Source: Octopus sinensis (Eukaryota). Taken from it: 64,000 bases of DNA. Of this stretch, positions 11,176 to 24,900 are shown one piece after another. Below the pieces are notes generated by a model that did not search any database, was not told the origin of the DNA, and worked only from the letters and a program-made list of their open reading frames with translations. The stretch lies in NCBI RefSeq assembly GCF_006345805.1, contig NC_043000.1, forward strand, positions 137,826,001 to 137,890,000, in the 5' to 3' direction. A program made the translations under genes and the position numbers. Positions within the stretch are counted from its first letter, which is position 1. Each line of letters opens with the position of its first letter.

Positions 11176-12992
11176 CCTCGTTACGCAATCTGTCTACCTC
11201 TAAATGTATTCTCTGAGAGGAAATTTACGCTTTTGGTAAGTATTTTACGTGCTTACGTCAAGACAGGCTTTCTTATACTGTCGCCCTCTTTAACCAATTC
11301 TATCACTACCACACCTGTGTAAAGTCCATATGACTGAATAGATAAATATGTACACTAAAAATACCGCTAGTTGTCTTAGTTTGCAGAAGGAATTTTAAAA
11401 TTATTGTTACTTCACAGATTCTCACCAGATATTAATTATATAGTTGAATATTTTAGTGACATTAGTCTGTTGTAAAACCATGCTTCAATCATGTATCTAG
11501 AAACTTCTTAAATAAGATATATTTTCCACAAACATACGTTTATAACAGTGGCCTTGTTGATACAAATATTGATGTAAGAATGAATGGTGTTAGGCAGACG
11601 AAATTGCTTACGCAGTTATCCAGTTCCGACAGTAACACTTTGACAGTAAATTATATCTGGCCATCACAATTGTTGCGCCTACAACGACTTTCGCTAATAA
11701 TATTCATACATCTATAATGCTTAGGAATATTTTCTGCAGGCCTGATTCAGCATCATATCATTATCCTAGAAATGTGTATTACTTTCGTTCTATCACCATA
11801 GAAACTATGGTGCATAATTCTTTGTAAACACATTGAGGGATAGATATTATTAAGCATTCTTGATTTGTTTGGAAAGGTTATAGAATCGAAACTCTTCTAA
11901 CATTTCCGAAACTTTGACAACAAAAACTTCCAACACGCTACATTGTCTGGAGAAAATTATTTCTAAAGGTCGAAGCAATAAAGAAATAGCTGAAAGCAGA
12001 TAAAAAGTTAACTAATTTATCGACCGCCAATTTCATTCTAAATTTATTTTCTCCACGATAATTTCCTACTAAAATGATTCCAAACTAAATTCTAAGAATA
12101 ATAAGATCATTTTTCTTTTTTGCTTGCAGACTTACTACAATGCGGAATTGTAATATTTATGAAAGGATCTAATCGAACCAAGTGTTTAAATCCATAAATG
12201 ATGATAAGAAATTGTGGTACATATACAGCAATTTTTCATACACATAAGCACTAACTGTAATCTATAATGGAACACACATTGACTATATAATTCATAACTT
12301 TATATTTATAATTGAGTATCTACTGCATGTACGAATACTAAATTTACAAGACATGTATACGCAGAATAGTTAACACATTGTATTATTAAACTGATAGAGA
12401 AACATCTTATATTTATAGCTTAAATATCTCTGAAGTGCTAACTAGAATCTATGAAATATTACATTCATTAGTAAACAGGTTTTTACATGAAGAATATTCC
12501 ATCCTTTTAATGGCTTCACTATCTAAAGCAACTGGAACGTTTTCCGCTCTCAAATGTTTCAGAATTATGGTATCTGAAAGGCATACAAATGAACGAACAA
12601 CGAAATTAAGAATATCGTGTCCAGTACATGTAACCAAGCTTTACACCTTTTAAAAAAGAGTTTGATTTGAATTTGGGGAGACTTGCTTATAAATCTAGCA
12701 GATCGAATGACTACGTAAACTGTACGTCGTAGACGCTCATTGCTCAGATTCTCTTTCACAACTTAAAAATGGAAATGTAATGTGTGATTATTCACAATAT
12801 GTGAGAATATGGTCCTTATATTTCTTTTATTTCTAATAGTTTACTGGTTGTAAATCATGAAATGATTTCAGTGGTCATAAATTATTCACATACGAAATGA
12901 AATTTTCAATGAAACTTTTTCACTAATGAAAGCTTTTTTTCGAGTTAAATCTCTTAAGAAAGCTGACATTTATTTAGGTCAAACCGATGCAA

Positions 12993-13034
<42 letters not shown>

Positions 13035-15052
13035 AAACACACACACACACACACAAACATGTACGCTAAGTCTCATCCAAAACTAAACGAAAGAAGCAAT
13101 GAAATAATGTGCCAATTTAGATTTTATTTTGTTCCGGAAGGCTTGATGTTTCAACATTTAGTCAGGTGTGTATTCTCACCGATACCTTCGAGCGTCAGCG
13201 TTCGACATTTGACGCATCAGATGTAATTGATCACGAACTCATGACTTTGTGATACATAAAGTAGAAAGTATATCTGATATGAATTCCGCATTTCGTAATC
13301 ACCTACCACTAATACATATCAGAATTATTTATTTAGTAGTTACACTAACAAGAAATGTTAGATCCACACTCATACATACATATGCTGAGATATCAACCCA
13401 TAAATCCCTCCCCTTTTGACCAAAACGATTCTGTTGTCAGAAATCAAACAAACAAATTAACAAAGAGCTAATTTTGTTTTTCCTAACACAATCAATAAGA
13501 GGGGAATTAAAATATTTCAGCGATTCTCTCTCATCCTTATGCTTCACTTTGCCTAATGAAAATTTATGGCTATATCAAAGAAATGTAATTACACTGCACT
13601 CTTAAACTCCACACTGGTGTTGGTAATTTATTAATATTATTATTCAAAACAGTTCAAAAATTGATTTTAACGCCCTAAATATTAGAAAAAAAACACAAAT
13701 AGTTTTATTGAAAGGAATTGACAAAAATCATTTATAATAAAAACAAAACCTCAAAATTGTTTATTGCGGTGATATTTGCATAATTAGTTCATTTGTCTCA
13801 AGGAACAGCTGAAGCTCACAGAAAACGGAAATTAGATTATCAAAAAATCAAAGCCATAGTAGTTACTAAATGTGGATGATTCTCACTCTCTCAATAATTT
13901 TTAGTCCCTGTACGCAAACACTCACTCACTTGGTCATACACACACGTGTACATATAGACATACACATACACGCGTGTATGTTACTTTGTGTGTATATTTG
14001 TGTGTCTGTGGCTAAAGACACGAAATAACTCAATACAATACGATCGACTCGTCTAAGCAAATTATAACTCCCTAAAAGTGCTCAACTACTAATTATAAAC
14101 AATTATATATTACTAATGGCTTCGTTATACGTCTAAAGAGAAGGAATAATACCGAAAGGGAAAATTCATGGTGGACTATATTAGAAAGTGTGTAGTACTG
14201 TCTGACAGTCCCTATTGCCCCTAACAATTCTTCCTGTGGCCATTAATTTTATTAGATGGTATCGAAAGGGCAGTATTCCCAGTGACTGGTGAATTTATTG
14301 CACTCAGTCACGCGGGTGTGGATATAAACGGCGAACATGGTATAACCAACCGCCAAGCGTGGATTTACATTCAACCAGGATAGTGTCACCATTCCAAGCA
14401 GCGGATATTTCAAAAAGCGTTCCACATGCATTTTTTTTATTCTACAAGAACCGGCTAGAAAGTTCCACAAATCTCAACAGCTTGACATATGTCTTGAAAT
14501 TTATTACTGTAAATGGTTTAACATTGTAATTCAAGGAATTACAATGTTAATCAAAAGTGCAGAAATAAACGAATAACAAAAATCAGTGATAAAGTATATA
14601 AATAAGATAAGAGTACTATCATTGCAGTTTCTTTAGCGTGAAACATTTGTTTCTCTGAGCATTCAGTTCCTAAGGCATGATCGAAATAGCGAGTGACATA
14701 CAAAGATATACATATATATATACGTAGGTATGTACCTAAATACATACATACCACATACATAAACACACGCACATACATACACATACATACACATGCATAC
14801 ATACACATACGCACACACGTACACACACGCATACTCACACGCTCTCTATTTCTCTCACACACACGTACATACGCATATATATGTATAATGGAGACGAGAA
14901 ATCGCAGGAGGCGTTTGGCAGTTTCAATATTCTGTGTGACTTCAGCTAGTTACGGTCACCACTTATCCGAAGATATAGCGGGTGCTGCTTTTATACTATA
15001 AAATTTGTTTGATTTGTGAAAGATATTGTGATTATAATAAAAATTACATTCT

Positions 15053-15415
15053 TTTCTTCTCTAGGCACACAGCTCGAAATGTCGGAGGATGAAGACAGTC
15101 GATTACATCGACCCCGAAGGATGAAAGGCAAAGTCGACCTCGGTGGAATTTTGAATTCAGAACGTAAAGACAGACGAAATACCTATTTCTTTACTACCCA
15201 CAAGGGGCTAAACACAGAGGGGACAAACAAGGACAGACGAACGGATTAAGTCGATTATATCGACCCCAGTACGTAACTGGTACTTAATTTAATCTACCAC
15301 GAAAGGATGAAAGGCAAAGTTGACCTTGACGGAATTTGAACTCAGAACGTAGCGGCAGACGAAATACGCAAAGCATTTCGCCCGGCGTGCTAACGTTTCT
15401 GCCAGCTCGCCGCCT
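15053..15415 (-). mobile_element. SINE family B, partial dimer
   Basis: A full monomer is followed at 15183/15184 by a second unit starting ggtatttcgtctgtctttacg, which has an internal deletion between its ggggtcgat repeats. Confidence 0.85.
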
Positions 15416-16067
15416 TAGTCACACAAATTATATTGCATTAGTTATTTCCCGTTTCGTGCATGTATAACTCTCGTAATATATCTTCAATCAGGAAAGACTC
15501 AGTTAAGGAAAGACACTGAAACACACACAAGCAAACAGTCAAATGTATTATTTTTAAAGGACCGTAATTCCCAAGACACAAGCGCAGTGATGGAATAATA
15601 GTGTCGAAATACCAGCATTCTTCAACACAGGTAGGAGTAGCCGACAAACTTGCCTTAAATAAAATACTACAATCTAGAATAGAATATGAACCTTAAATAA
15701 AGTAGTAAAGGATTCACTGGAAAAAATTCTATAGAAAATGGCCAGGCATAGATCATCATTAGATACATATCCGCTGGAAAAAATACAGGTTTTAGCTAAG
15801 AATATAATTAGAAATTATTTTCACATTATTAATTCAAATACAACAAAATATATGTCATATTTAAAAGAATATATATTTAAAACACTGTAAAGTGGTGAAC
15901 GACATTTTCCTTACAGAAAAATCACGAACGCTTTAACATTTTGACTCACTTAGACATTTCAGATAAATGCATTTGTCACAAGCTATGCCTAAAACTATTA
16001 TTCAGATTGCTTCGCTGCAAATATATTTTATTAAGTGTTACACGTAGCCTGTAGAAACAGTTGTAAA

Positions 16068-16580
16068 TCTATATATATAAAACTGTAGTTGTGTGAGTGT
16101 CTGTCCCCTTCGATTTAGATTCCTAACTACTCCCACATTTTGCGGTGCAGTTTAACCAAATTCGGGTATCTTATAGTCGTGATTCATATCGAGCCCGTCT
16201 GAGTATTAGCGCGCGTCTACGATGAGTCTCCGATTTTAAAAATAATTTAACATCATTTTTTATTCCATTTTAATGCATAATCTTTCGTGTGTCGATGGCG
16301 GCGGAGTTGGCGTCCATGGTCACACCTGCACCTGTTTGCTTCTCTCCCTTCTTCCCTCCCTTGTGAAGCTGTGGGGAAGGGAGTGTAAGGAAATCAACGT
16401 CGTAAAGCGTTGTCAAGGAGACCAGCGTTCTTTTAGAACAACGACTTCATGGCTTGAAGACACCAAAACAGAAATGGCTAAGAAAGCCCGAATTGGCATC
16501 TATAAGGGAAGTAACTCTCTAAAAATGCTTATATAGTTATTTCCCTTACAAACCCGAGCAACGCCGGGCGATACTGCTAG
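16068..16580 (+). mobile_element. Non-autonomous Helitron, 513 bp
   Basis: A|TC start (tctatatatataaaactg), GC hairpin cccgagc-aac-gccggg at 16553-16568 and CTAG|T end; these are canonical Helitron termini. Confidence 0.8.
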
Positions 16581-16589
16581 TTTACAATA

Positions 16590-17400
16590 AAAATTACGTA
16601 TTCATCTTTAGCTACGATGATTGCTTCAGTGCGAGGCTGGAGTCATTGACATGCTGCACCTTATGACTCTTCATAATTTCAGATATCACGTTGACAATGG
16701 TTGCCTTGGTATTGTGATGATGTCTATTAGTCTCCTTTTCAACAACGCCCCTAACGTAGTTCTTTAAATTTGGGTGGGGATTGGAGACCATATGTCCGGT
16801 GTTAATCGATCTTATATGTTGTCTGAAAGTTGTCACTGTTTTAAGTAGGTGCTGCGTATAACCTCCCACTGCAAACTTCATTCATCCAGAACTTAAACAA
16901 CTTATACGGCAGCACTAAATATCAGACCCTGTTACTCCCAACAAAACATCACAGTTGTTATAAACTTTGCGCGCGTCACTCCGGGGCCATCAGAAAGATC
17001 TGCACATAACACTTTATATCTCCTATTAGACTTTTGTTCTTTAATGGTGTTTTATCGTTAGAAAAAAAAGCAAAATGGCCCGTGCCTGTGTTTTTTTTAA
17101 CTTTGTTAAGTAAAGGCTTGGCACGGACCACATGGATTTTCTGTGTGCCTTTGTAGACATACATTTGCTTGTCATCTGTAAATACGAATTCGATGGAATA
17201 TTCTCATGAACCAAGTTCTTTAAGTTCGTTCTGACACCTAATTTCATGCATTGATTTTGCAAGAGCGTCATCAATAATGTTCTGAACCTGTTGGATGAAT
17301 TGTCGCGTCCTTGTAGTGTCTGAACATTTACAAAGATTTTCCTTTTGATACAGCTAAAACAACTCCGCATGAGTTTTCCATTTCTATTAACATTTTGTAT
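16590..17400 (-). pseudogene. Degenerate maT-like Tc1/mariner transposase
   Basis: Frameshifted pieces read QFIQQVQNIIDD, VRAKPLLNKVKK..FFSNDK, VLCADLSD...KFITTVM and NYVRGVVEKETNRHHHNTKA, matching the maT-type layout FSDEK...WPPxSPDLNPxDYxVWGxVE. Confidence 0.7.
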
Positions 17401-18324
17401 ACAAAAGACTATGTAGCGTTTAGAAACTTGGCACTTTCTGAATCACTTCTGCACATATAATATCAAAAACAGAAAGTCATTTCATTTCTGTTCTTAACAT
17501 TTTATCTGGAAATTTTATCAGTCGGGAAATTATCTAGATTCTGATTTCCCTAGTTCTGTTCCATGGTGAAAAGAATGAAACTGTACAAATGTTGGAAGAA
17601 CCGGCGCTAGAATATCGTATAATATTTCTATCGTATAATATTTCTGTTATTCGCATTAGACGCGCATTGAGCATACATTATAATGAAAAATTATTTGTAC
17701 TCAGAAGTCTGGAATGTAGAGTAGTGCGATGCATTTTACACAATCTAGTTCAATATATAATATATGTGTGGACGACCGAGGTATAGCTAGAGCTTCTAAA
17801 GAATGGTTTCGTCCATTCAGTTGGATACGTAATAAAACCTGAAAAGATATTTCCAAGGAATAATTTCAACCACTTATAGATGTGAGATCTATTTTATTAA
17901 ACTTTTAGGGGAAATGCTCAATACGGTTGCGAGTCTATGTATTGTTTAACTCACACATTGTAAGTGTTCTCTGTTTTGTAACACTATCATTAATGGTGAG
18001 ACAGTGAGGGAGCTGCTATTTAGTAGACAAAACTATTACATCTTTCTTAGATATGATGCTATTGTTCTCGCCTAAATAGCCTATTACTTTTTTCACTTCC
18101 CTGTAGAAAAATCGCATCGTATATATAAAACTACAGTACAATCCTAATCCTTATTCCTCCCTGGCAGAGACAACTTAGCAACTAGAACCTTGGGTGACAA
18201 ACTGAAACACTTGACACTATGCTTTAATTTTTTTTTTTTTGTATTTCGCATGTGTATTATATTTTGTTAACATCATAGTTTCGCATCATTTCATCGAGAA
18301 ATCTCTTTCTCTCTCTCTCTATAA

Positions 18325-18379
<55 letters not shown>

Positions 18380-18479
18380 CATACCAAAAGCAAACAATTA
18401 GATAGACGGACACACACATGTTTATGTTTGTGTGTATATGTGTGCGTGGGCGTGTGTGCATGCTGTATGTGTGGTATGT

Positions 18480-18535
<56 letters not shown>

Positions 18536-19610
18536 ATGCGTACGTGTGTGGTGTTGGTGGTGTCTGAAATTGTGTATATTCGCTTTTGTATAAGGTAAAT
18601 ATTACATGAATATAAACACTGATTACGTCGTAATGTTTTGTTTTATTTTGCTCTTCACTCATGAACTGAGTGATTTTAAATAATAAAACGTAGTGCAATT
18701 AGAGAAACAAACAGTGTTATTGCTCTCTTTGAAATATTGGTAGAAATATATCAATACACAAGTTCATTAGTATGTGTCCAAGCAGGTCAAAGATATTTAC
18801 CGGTTCAAAGAAGATAGCATTAATGAGATATGTTCAGATCTCCCGTAGTCTAATTATACTAATTATAATTACAGCCTACCGATGTAAATGCTGAATATAA
18901 ATGTCCAGCGAATCAAGAAATTGCAATTTTTATATTAAATTGTTGAACGGGAATTATGCTCTCCAGTGTTAAATGAATTAATTTATGATTCAAACAAACA
19001 TTACAACTGACCTGCTATTTTAGACTATAATGAACGTCTACTTTGTTTAATACCAAAGAAATGGGGGCCGATCTAAATATAAGGAATTCTGTTACTGAAT
19101 CAATATACAGTTGTGATCATTTGTGGCAAAACTCAAGCAGAAATGATTTGACTTGTTTTAAATCGCTCTGATTATAAAGATACGATATAACGTTTTGGAT
19201 TATTGGTGATTCATATCTCGTTGCACTTGTATCGTGTTATATCTGTACTTAACGATTTTCAATAATTTCGAATTTACCTATACAAAATATAGCATAATCT
19301 CATATATCCATTTGCATATATATATGTTTCAGAATACATCTACTTTTACTAGCGTTGGCGATTCATCGATTCAGAAATGAATTCATACCACTGACTTCTA
19401 ATTACCAACCATGTATACCATCCAATCATTTTAAATTGGAAAAGTATCGAATTTTGCATGACATCATGCAGTATTTGTCAAATACGAAAATTTCGTTCTT
19501 CCTATCTATTAGTCAATCTGAAAGCAAAAATGGGTCAGAAGAAAGCGTCCATGCTATTCTCTAGTTAAACCAATGCAACTCTTCATAACAGTTTCAAGAT
19601 TAATGAAATA

Positions 19611-20868
19611 TTGGGTTGTCCAGAAAGTTCGCGCCGATTTGTAAAGGAAAGAAAAAGGTCAAATACTTGCCATTACGTTTTTATTTAACCAAATATGAAC
19701 CATTTTGTTGCACAATGCGTCTCAATCTTTCCTTTAACTTGAAAATATCCTCTTCACAGAATTGAGGTGGTTTCATGGCCAAAAATGCATTAAGGTATCT
19801 TTTTACGTCATCCAAGGAATTGAAATTTTTACCATTAAGACTATTCTGCAGAGACCTGAACATGTGGAAATCCGAAGGCTCAATATCTGGTGAATATGGA
19901 GGGTGGGGTAACACATCCCAGCTGAGATGCAACAATTTTTGTCTGGTTCCCAAAGAAACGTGCGGTCTTGCATTATCATGTTGAAAAACAACACCCTTCC
20001 TGTTGGCCAATTCTAGACGTTTCTCTTGAATTGCTGCTTTTAACTCGTCCAGTTGCGTACAGTATTTCTCAGAATTAATTGACTGGTTACTTGAGAGATA
20101 CTCATAGTAAAGAATTCCTTTCCAATCCCACCAGACACAAAGTAAGACATTTTTAGGGTGGCTAGGGGTGGCTCATGTCACTTACTCCAGGATCGCTTTC
20201 TCTGAACATTTCGGTAGATAATCCACTTCTCAGCTGTCAGAATTTGCTTTAAAAAAGGCGCGTTTAAATTCCGTTTATAAAGCGAATCACAGATGGAAAT
20301 GCTATCCAAAAGGTTTTTCTCACTCAACTCATGTGTTACCCAAACATCATAGCGATTTGTCTACCCAAGCTTTACCAGGTGCTCATGAACGACGGATTTT
20401 GATAGGTTGAGACTTTCTGCCAATTCCCGGGTTGTGCAATGTGGATTATTCTCAATTAATGACTTGATTTGGTCACCATCTGTAGTGGATAGTCTGTCTG
20501 ATCGCTCTTTATCAATAAGGCTACAATCTCCAGCCCAGAACCTTGCAAACTACTTCCGTATAGTTCTTTCGGATAAAGAAACATCACCGTAAACTGCGTA
20601 TATTTCTTTGGTTACTTGTGAGGCATTTTTCCCTTTAGGGAGAAAGAAAAGCATCAAGTGTAAAAAAAGGAATTTTTATCTTCCATTTTAAAAGGTTACA
20701 TAATTAATACAGGTTATAGGAACATAAGTTTTCTTCTATGAAAACATAGCTTAAACTGTGCTCTAAATGGAGATGTAGTCAAATCCTATTTTATGGACTC
20801 AACCATATTCTAAAACAAGTCGAAATGTAAGCTACTACAAATGGGCAAAGACTTTCCGGACAACCCAA
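19611..20868 (-). mobile_element. Full-length mariner (DD34D) with degenerate transposase at 19681-20686
   Basis: TIRs ttgggttgtccagaaagt / actttccggacaacccaa match at 17/18, with TA on both sides. HDNARPH and HPPYSPDIEPSDF are spaced D34D. The N-terminal part has frameshifts and stops, and TGDEKW has become TAEKW. Confidence 0.95.
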
Positions 20869-22169
20869 TATAAACATTTTCACCTGGAGTAAAATTAATG
20901 TATTAAACGACGTACACAACACACAAAAAGGAACTTCTACATCACATAAAATATAAACAATTTGTTTAAGAATATAATCAATGTACTAAACAACGTACAC
21001 AACATGAAATCTAAACAGTGTTGCTTCACAGGATTTGAGATACAAAACTGGAAAAAATAAATGAATATATTCTCAATATGTATTATTTTTCTCTAGAATA
21101 AAATGCCTACAATCAGTAAAAACAGATATGGTGATGTGAGGTATTACTTACTATCTATTATTACAATCGGCAATATTAAAACGAATATTATTTGCCGCGT
21201 CGCTTGTAGAAGTTGCAAGGTCACAATATTTCTAAGAGAGGAAATGAAGTTTGTGACATTCTATTTCTATTTGTGAATGGTTTAACAAACAAATTAAAAC
21301 ATAGCACCGTTTCGTTCACATTATTTGAGCACGATGTTCCTAGCATCACTTTTATGATATTGATGTTACTTGAGGATACAATTGCGTAGGCTCTTGACGC
21401 AAACCAAATACATATGTAGTATGTACTTCGTTGCTTCCAACTATGTGAATGGCAACATCACTTTCTTTAAAAATAAAGGGTAATTTCTATCCTTATTTTT
21501 AAAAAATCTAGAAGGATCCGTTGTTTGTTACATTTAAACTGCTTTTGTCACATCCTTAAATTGTAGTCTTGGAATTTTTCTGTGCTTGTTCATTCTTATT
21601 TTACATTCATATTTCCTAATTCATTTCCATTACATACCTTTTCCGTTTTTCCCCCCTATTTTTCATTTAAATAGTACATTCGCAACTCTATAAATTAGTT
21701 AGTATTCAAGAATTTTGATCGCATTATGTCTAAATGTACAGAGATTTGCAATCATTAAATTATGGGAATAATATCTAACAGCAAATACAATACCATTTGA
21801 ATTTGTTTTACTCATTTAGTAGTTTATTCTCATTCCATTTTGTCCCAAAAGGGTGATAGCAAGCAATACATACATAAGTTGATGTAAATGCAACGTAGAG
21901 GGGATTTCGAAAACCTGCTAGTTCTTCGCGAATTATTATATTGTTGAAATGCCGGAAACCCTATTGGGAACAAATAATTCTTCACAGGTAAATACCAAGA
22001 GGTACTTTGATTTTAGATAGCTATATTATCGAGAATGTATGTCTATAACTGAGTGCGTATGAATGTATGCATACATGTATGCATGTGTACGAGTGTCTGA
22101 AGCTGGGCTGGGGATGTATGAGTGTGTGTGCGTCTGTGTATATGTGTGTGTACACAGAAATGTATATTT

Positions 22170-22590
22170 AGGCGGCAAGCTAGCAGCAACGTTAGCATGC
22201 CGGGCGAAATGCTTAGTGGTATTTCGTCTGCCGTTTCGTTCTGAGTTCAAATTCCGCCGAGGGCGACTTTGCCTTTCATACTTTCGGGGTCGATTAAATA
22301 AGTACCAGTTACGCACTAGGGTCGATGTAATCAACTTAATCCGTTTGTCTGCCCTTGTTTGTCCCCTCTATGTTTACCCTTTGTAGACAATAAAGAAATA
22401 GGTATTTCGTCTGTTTTTACGTTCTGAGTTCAAATTCCGCCGAAGTCGACTTTGCCTTTCATCCTTTCGGGGTCGATTAAATAAGTACCAGTTACGCACT
22501 GGGGTTGATGTAATCGACTTAATCCGTTTGTCTGTCCTTGTTAGTCCCCTCTATGTTTAGCCCCTTGTGGGCAATAAAAAAAAAAGAAAT
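22170..22590 (+). mobile_element. SINE family B, partial dimer
   Basis: Full monomer 22170-22400, then a second unit from ggtatttcgtctg at 22401, ending in an A-rich tail. Confidence 0.9.
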
Positions 22591-23816
22591 GTATATTACA
22601 AAAGGTATAAACATCATTCATATATTCAAATGAATCACCTACGAATTTATTTCTAACGTTTGCATCGTGGCAAAACATACTCGATAAATCATATGGTGTG
22701 TGCATTGGCCACCTAGCAGTACGTGTATGTATTTAGTTGCGGTCGAATACATACAAATACTCTATTGCAATAACATTGCATTCTAAACAGCGTTGGCTTT
22801 GAAGTAATAAAAAAGGGGTTTAAATCGTACGTTTTGTATACTTCGACAGTCAATTTTGTTCTTGAATGTTGAAAGTGTTTGAAACTCAATTTTACTACTC
22901 CACCAGTATGTGCTCGTGTGTTTATTCTACCTCCGTCGCAAGATATTAGTGTAGTAATATTTGAAAATGTTAACCATGAAATGCTCAAATGTAATATAAA
23001 GTAGCATACTTATAAGGACTATGTATACAAGTAATGTTTGAGTGGCACTAAATAAAATTATATTGCTGCAGGAAATAATTGATATTTTACTGCAATATTT
23101 GCTCAGAATTTATAGAGGTAAATTCTTCTTTATTGCACCATGTCAAGGGAAAAACCTCAAAATAGTTTTATTATAAAAATCCTAAAAGCAAAACGTAAAA
23201 ACGTGTTTTTTGTTTCGTCTATTCAGCATAGGATATTTGTCGGACCTGCATTTTCTTTGAGGCAATTTGTAATATGATGATGGACAGTTTTGTTTATGCC
23301 AACACACTACGAGATGAAAACAAAACCATGTACGATATTAGCAAATTAAGAACTAATATTATAGGGTTATCCAAAGTTGTTACAAGGGGATCTGGCTTTA
23401 GAGCCAACGTTTAGTATAAAAGACACGTTTGGTGGTGGTGGTGGCGTGTGTGTGTGTGCGTGGGAGGTACCAATTAGGATAAATTAATCGGACACCAGCA
23501 TTTGAATTCTATTTATTTTATCAATTTCAGAAAAAAACTAAGGAAAAGTTATCATGTGAATTATAATAGAAACGGAATATCATGTACATAAAGACTGTAA
23601 TAGATTGTATGCGGTGCGCATGCTACTCTGTACAATTGCATAGTCTTATATTGCAATCAGCGAAAATATTATAGAACAGAAAGAAATACCGTGTTCATTT
23701 CTACTGTATACCTGTGAACATATATTGGTGATTCTATGGTGCACATCCAGTGATGAGATACTTAAACTAAATCGGTTGTTAACAGTGAATATTTTCGCTT
23801 AGAATTTCAATTCAAA

Positions 23817-24185
23817 CAGGAGTGGCTGTGTGGTAAGTAGCTTGCTAATGAACCACATGGTTCCGGGTTCAGTCCCACTGCGTGGCACCTTGGGCGAGTA
23901 TCTTCTACTATAGCCTCGGGCCGACCAAAGCCTTGTGAGTGGATTTGGTAGACGGAAACTGAAAGAAGCCCGTCGTATATATGTATATATGTATGTGTGT
24001 ACATGTTTGTGTGTCTGTGTTTGTCCCCCCAACTTCGTTTGACAATCGATGTTTGTGTGTTTACGTCCCCGATAGAATAAGTACTACGCTTACAAAGAAT
24101 AAGTGTTGGGGTTGATTTGCTCGACTAAAGGCGGTGCTCCAGCATGGCCACATCACATGTCTGAAACAAGTAAAAGAATAAAGAG
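23817..24185 (+). mobile_element. SINE family A, near full length
   Basis: Colinear with 10436-10853 apart from a short internal deletion. Confidence 0.9.
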
Positions 24186-24224
24186 TATGTGTGTGCGCAT
24201 GTGTGTATATGTATGTACGTTCTC

Positions 24225-24900
24225 ATTCGATGTTACGCCTCTGCCGCCTTGTTTTCATTTTATGCACGTCACCGTTTATGCGGAAATTATGTGAGCTTGT
24301 TAGTATTTTTCGGTTTTCACATCAACACTCGGATCTCATCAAACTTCCACTCAAGCAGCTCAAATATTGGTATTAGTACTGGTAGTTCAAGCACATTGTG
24401 AGCCACTGTTTTATTGAATGCAGAGAGTTCAGAGGTTCATATTTTCTGTATTCGGCTGTAATATTCTTTAATGACACGCGTTTTGATACAGGTGCCGTTG
24501 TAAGGTCTGTTTTTCATCCACTCCTAGATACTTGTAAAATTCCTCATCGGATATAGGGGAAACAGTCAAATCATTGACAGAAATGTTACTAATCTGGTTT
24601 ATAGTTCTCTCCACTTTACAATCATAATACATCCTTTGAGAATGTTGTAATTAGGTGATTTCATGCATATTCTTTGCATAAAGATCCACAAGGGAACAGC
24701 GTGTAATTTTGGTATTTCTGTTTCCTTGTGAACCAGTGACATCTTCTTCAGACTTTCTTAACATTACTGACAAGAGGTTTGAAGGAAGTATAAACAACTT
24801 CAAAGAGAGGCTGTCCCCTTGGAATATGCTTTTGCGATACTGTATTGTATTAGGGATAACTGTCACACTTTTCTTGGATTAGGTCTTAAGTGTCCCTTTT
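24225..24900 (-). pseudogene. Degenerate reverse transcriptase of an R4/Dong-like non-LTR element
   Basis: Reads IFQGDSLS..LF, YKYLGVDE, EYYSRIQKI..SELSAFNKTVAHN...PVL and GGRG, typical of RT domains 4-7 and thumb in R4-type elements; frameshifted. Confidence 0.8.

Noticed and set aside
12647-12761. Possible minus-strand exon (VKENLSNERLRRTVY...)
   Set aside because: Weak donor (GTGTAA) and no recognisable product.
14250-14470. GC-richer segment with a protein-like frame (DGIERAVFPVTGEF...)
   Set aside because: Stop codon before any donor site; no family recognised.
22170-22590. CRISPR-like or satellite interpretation of the repeated units
   Set aside because: Eukaryotic SINE dimer; no spacer architecture or cas genes.
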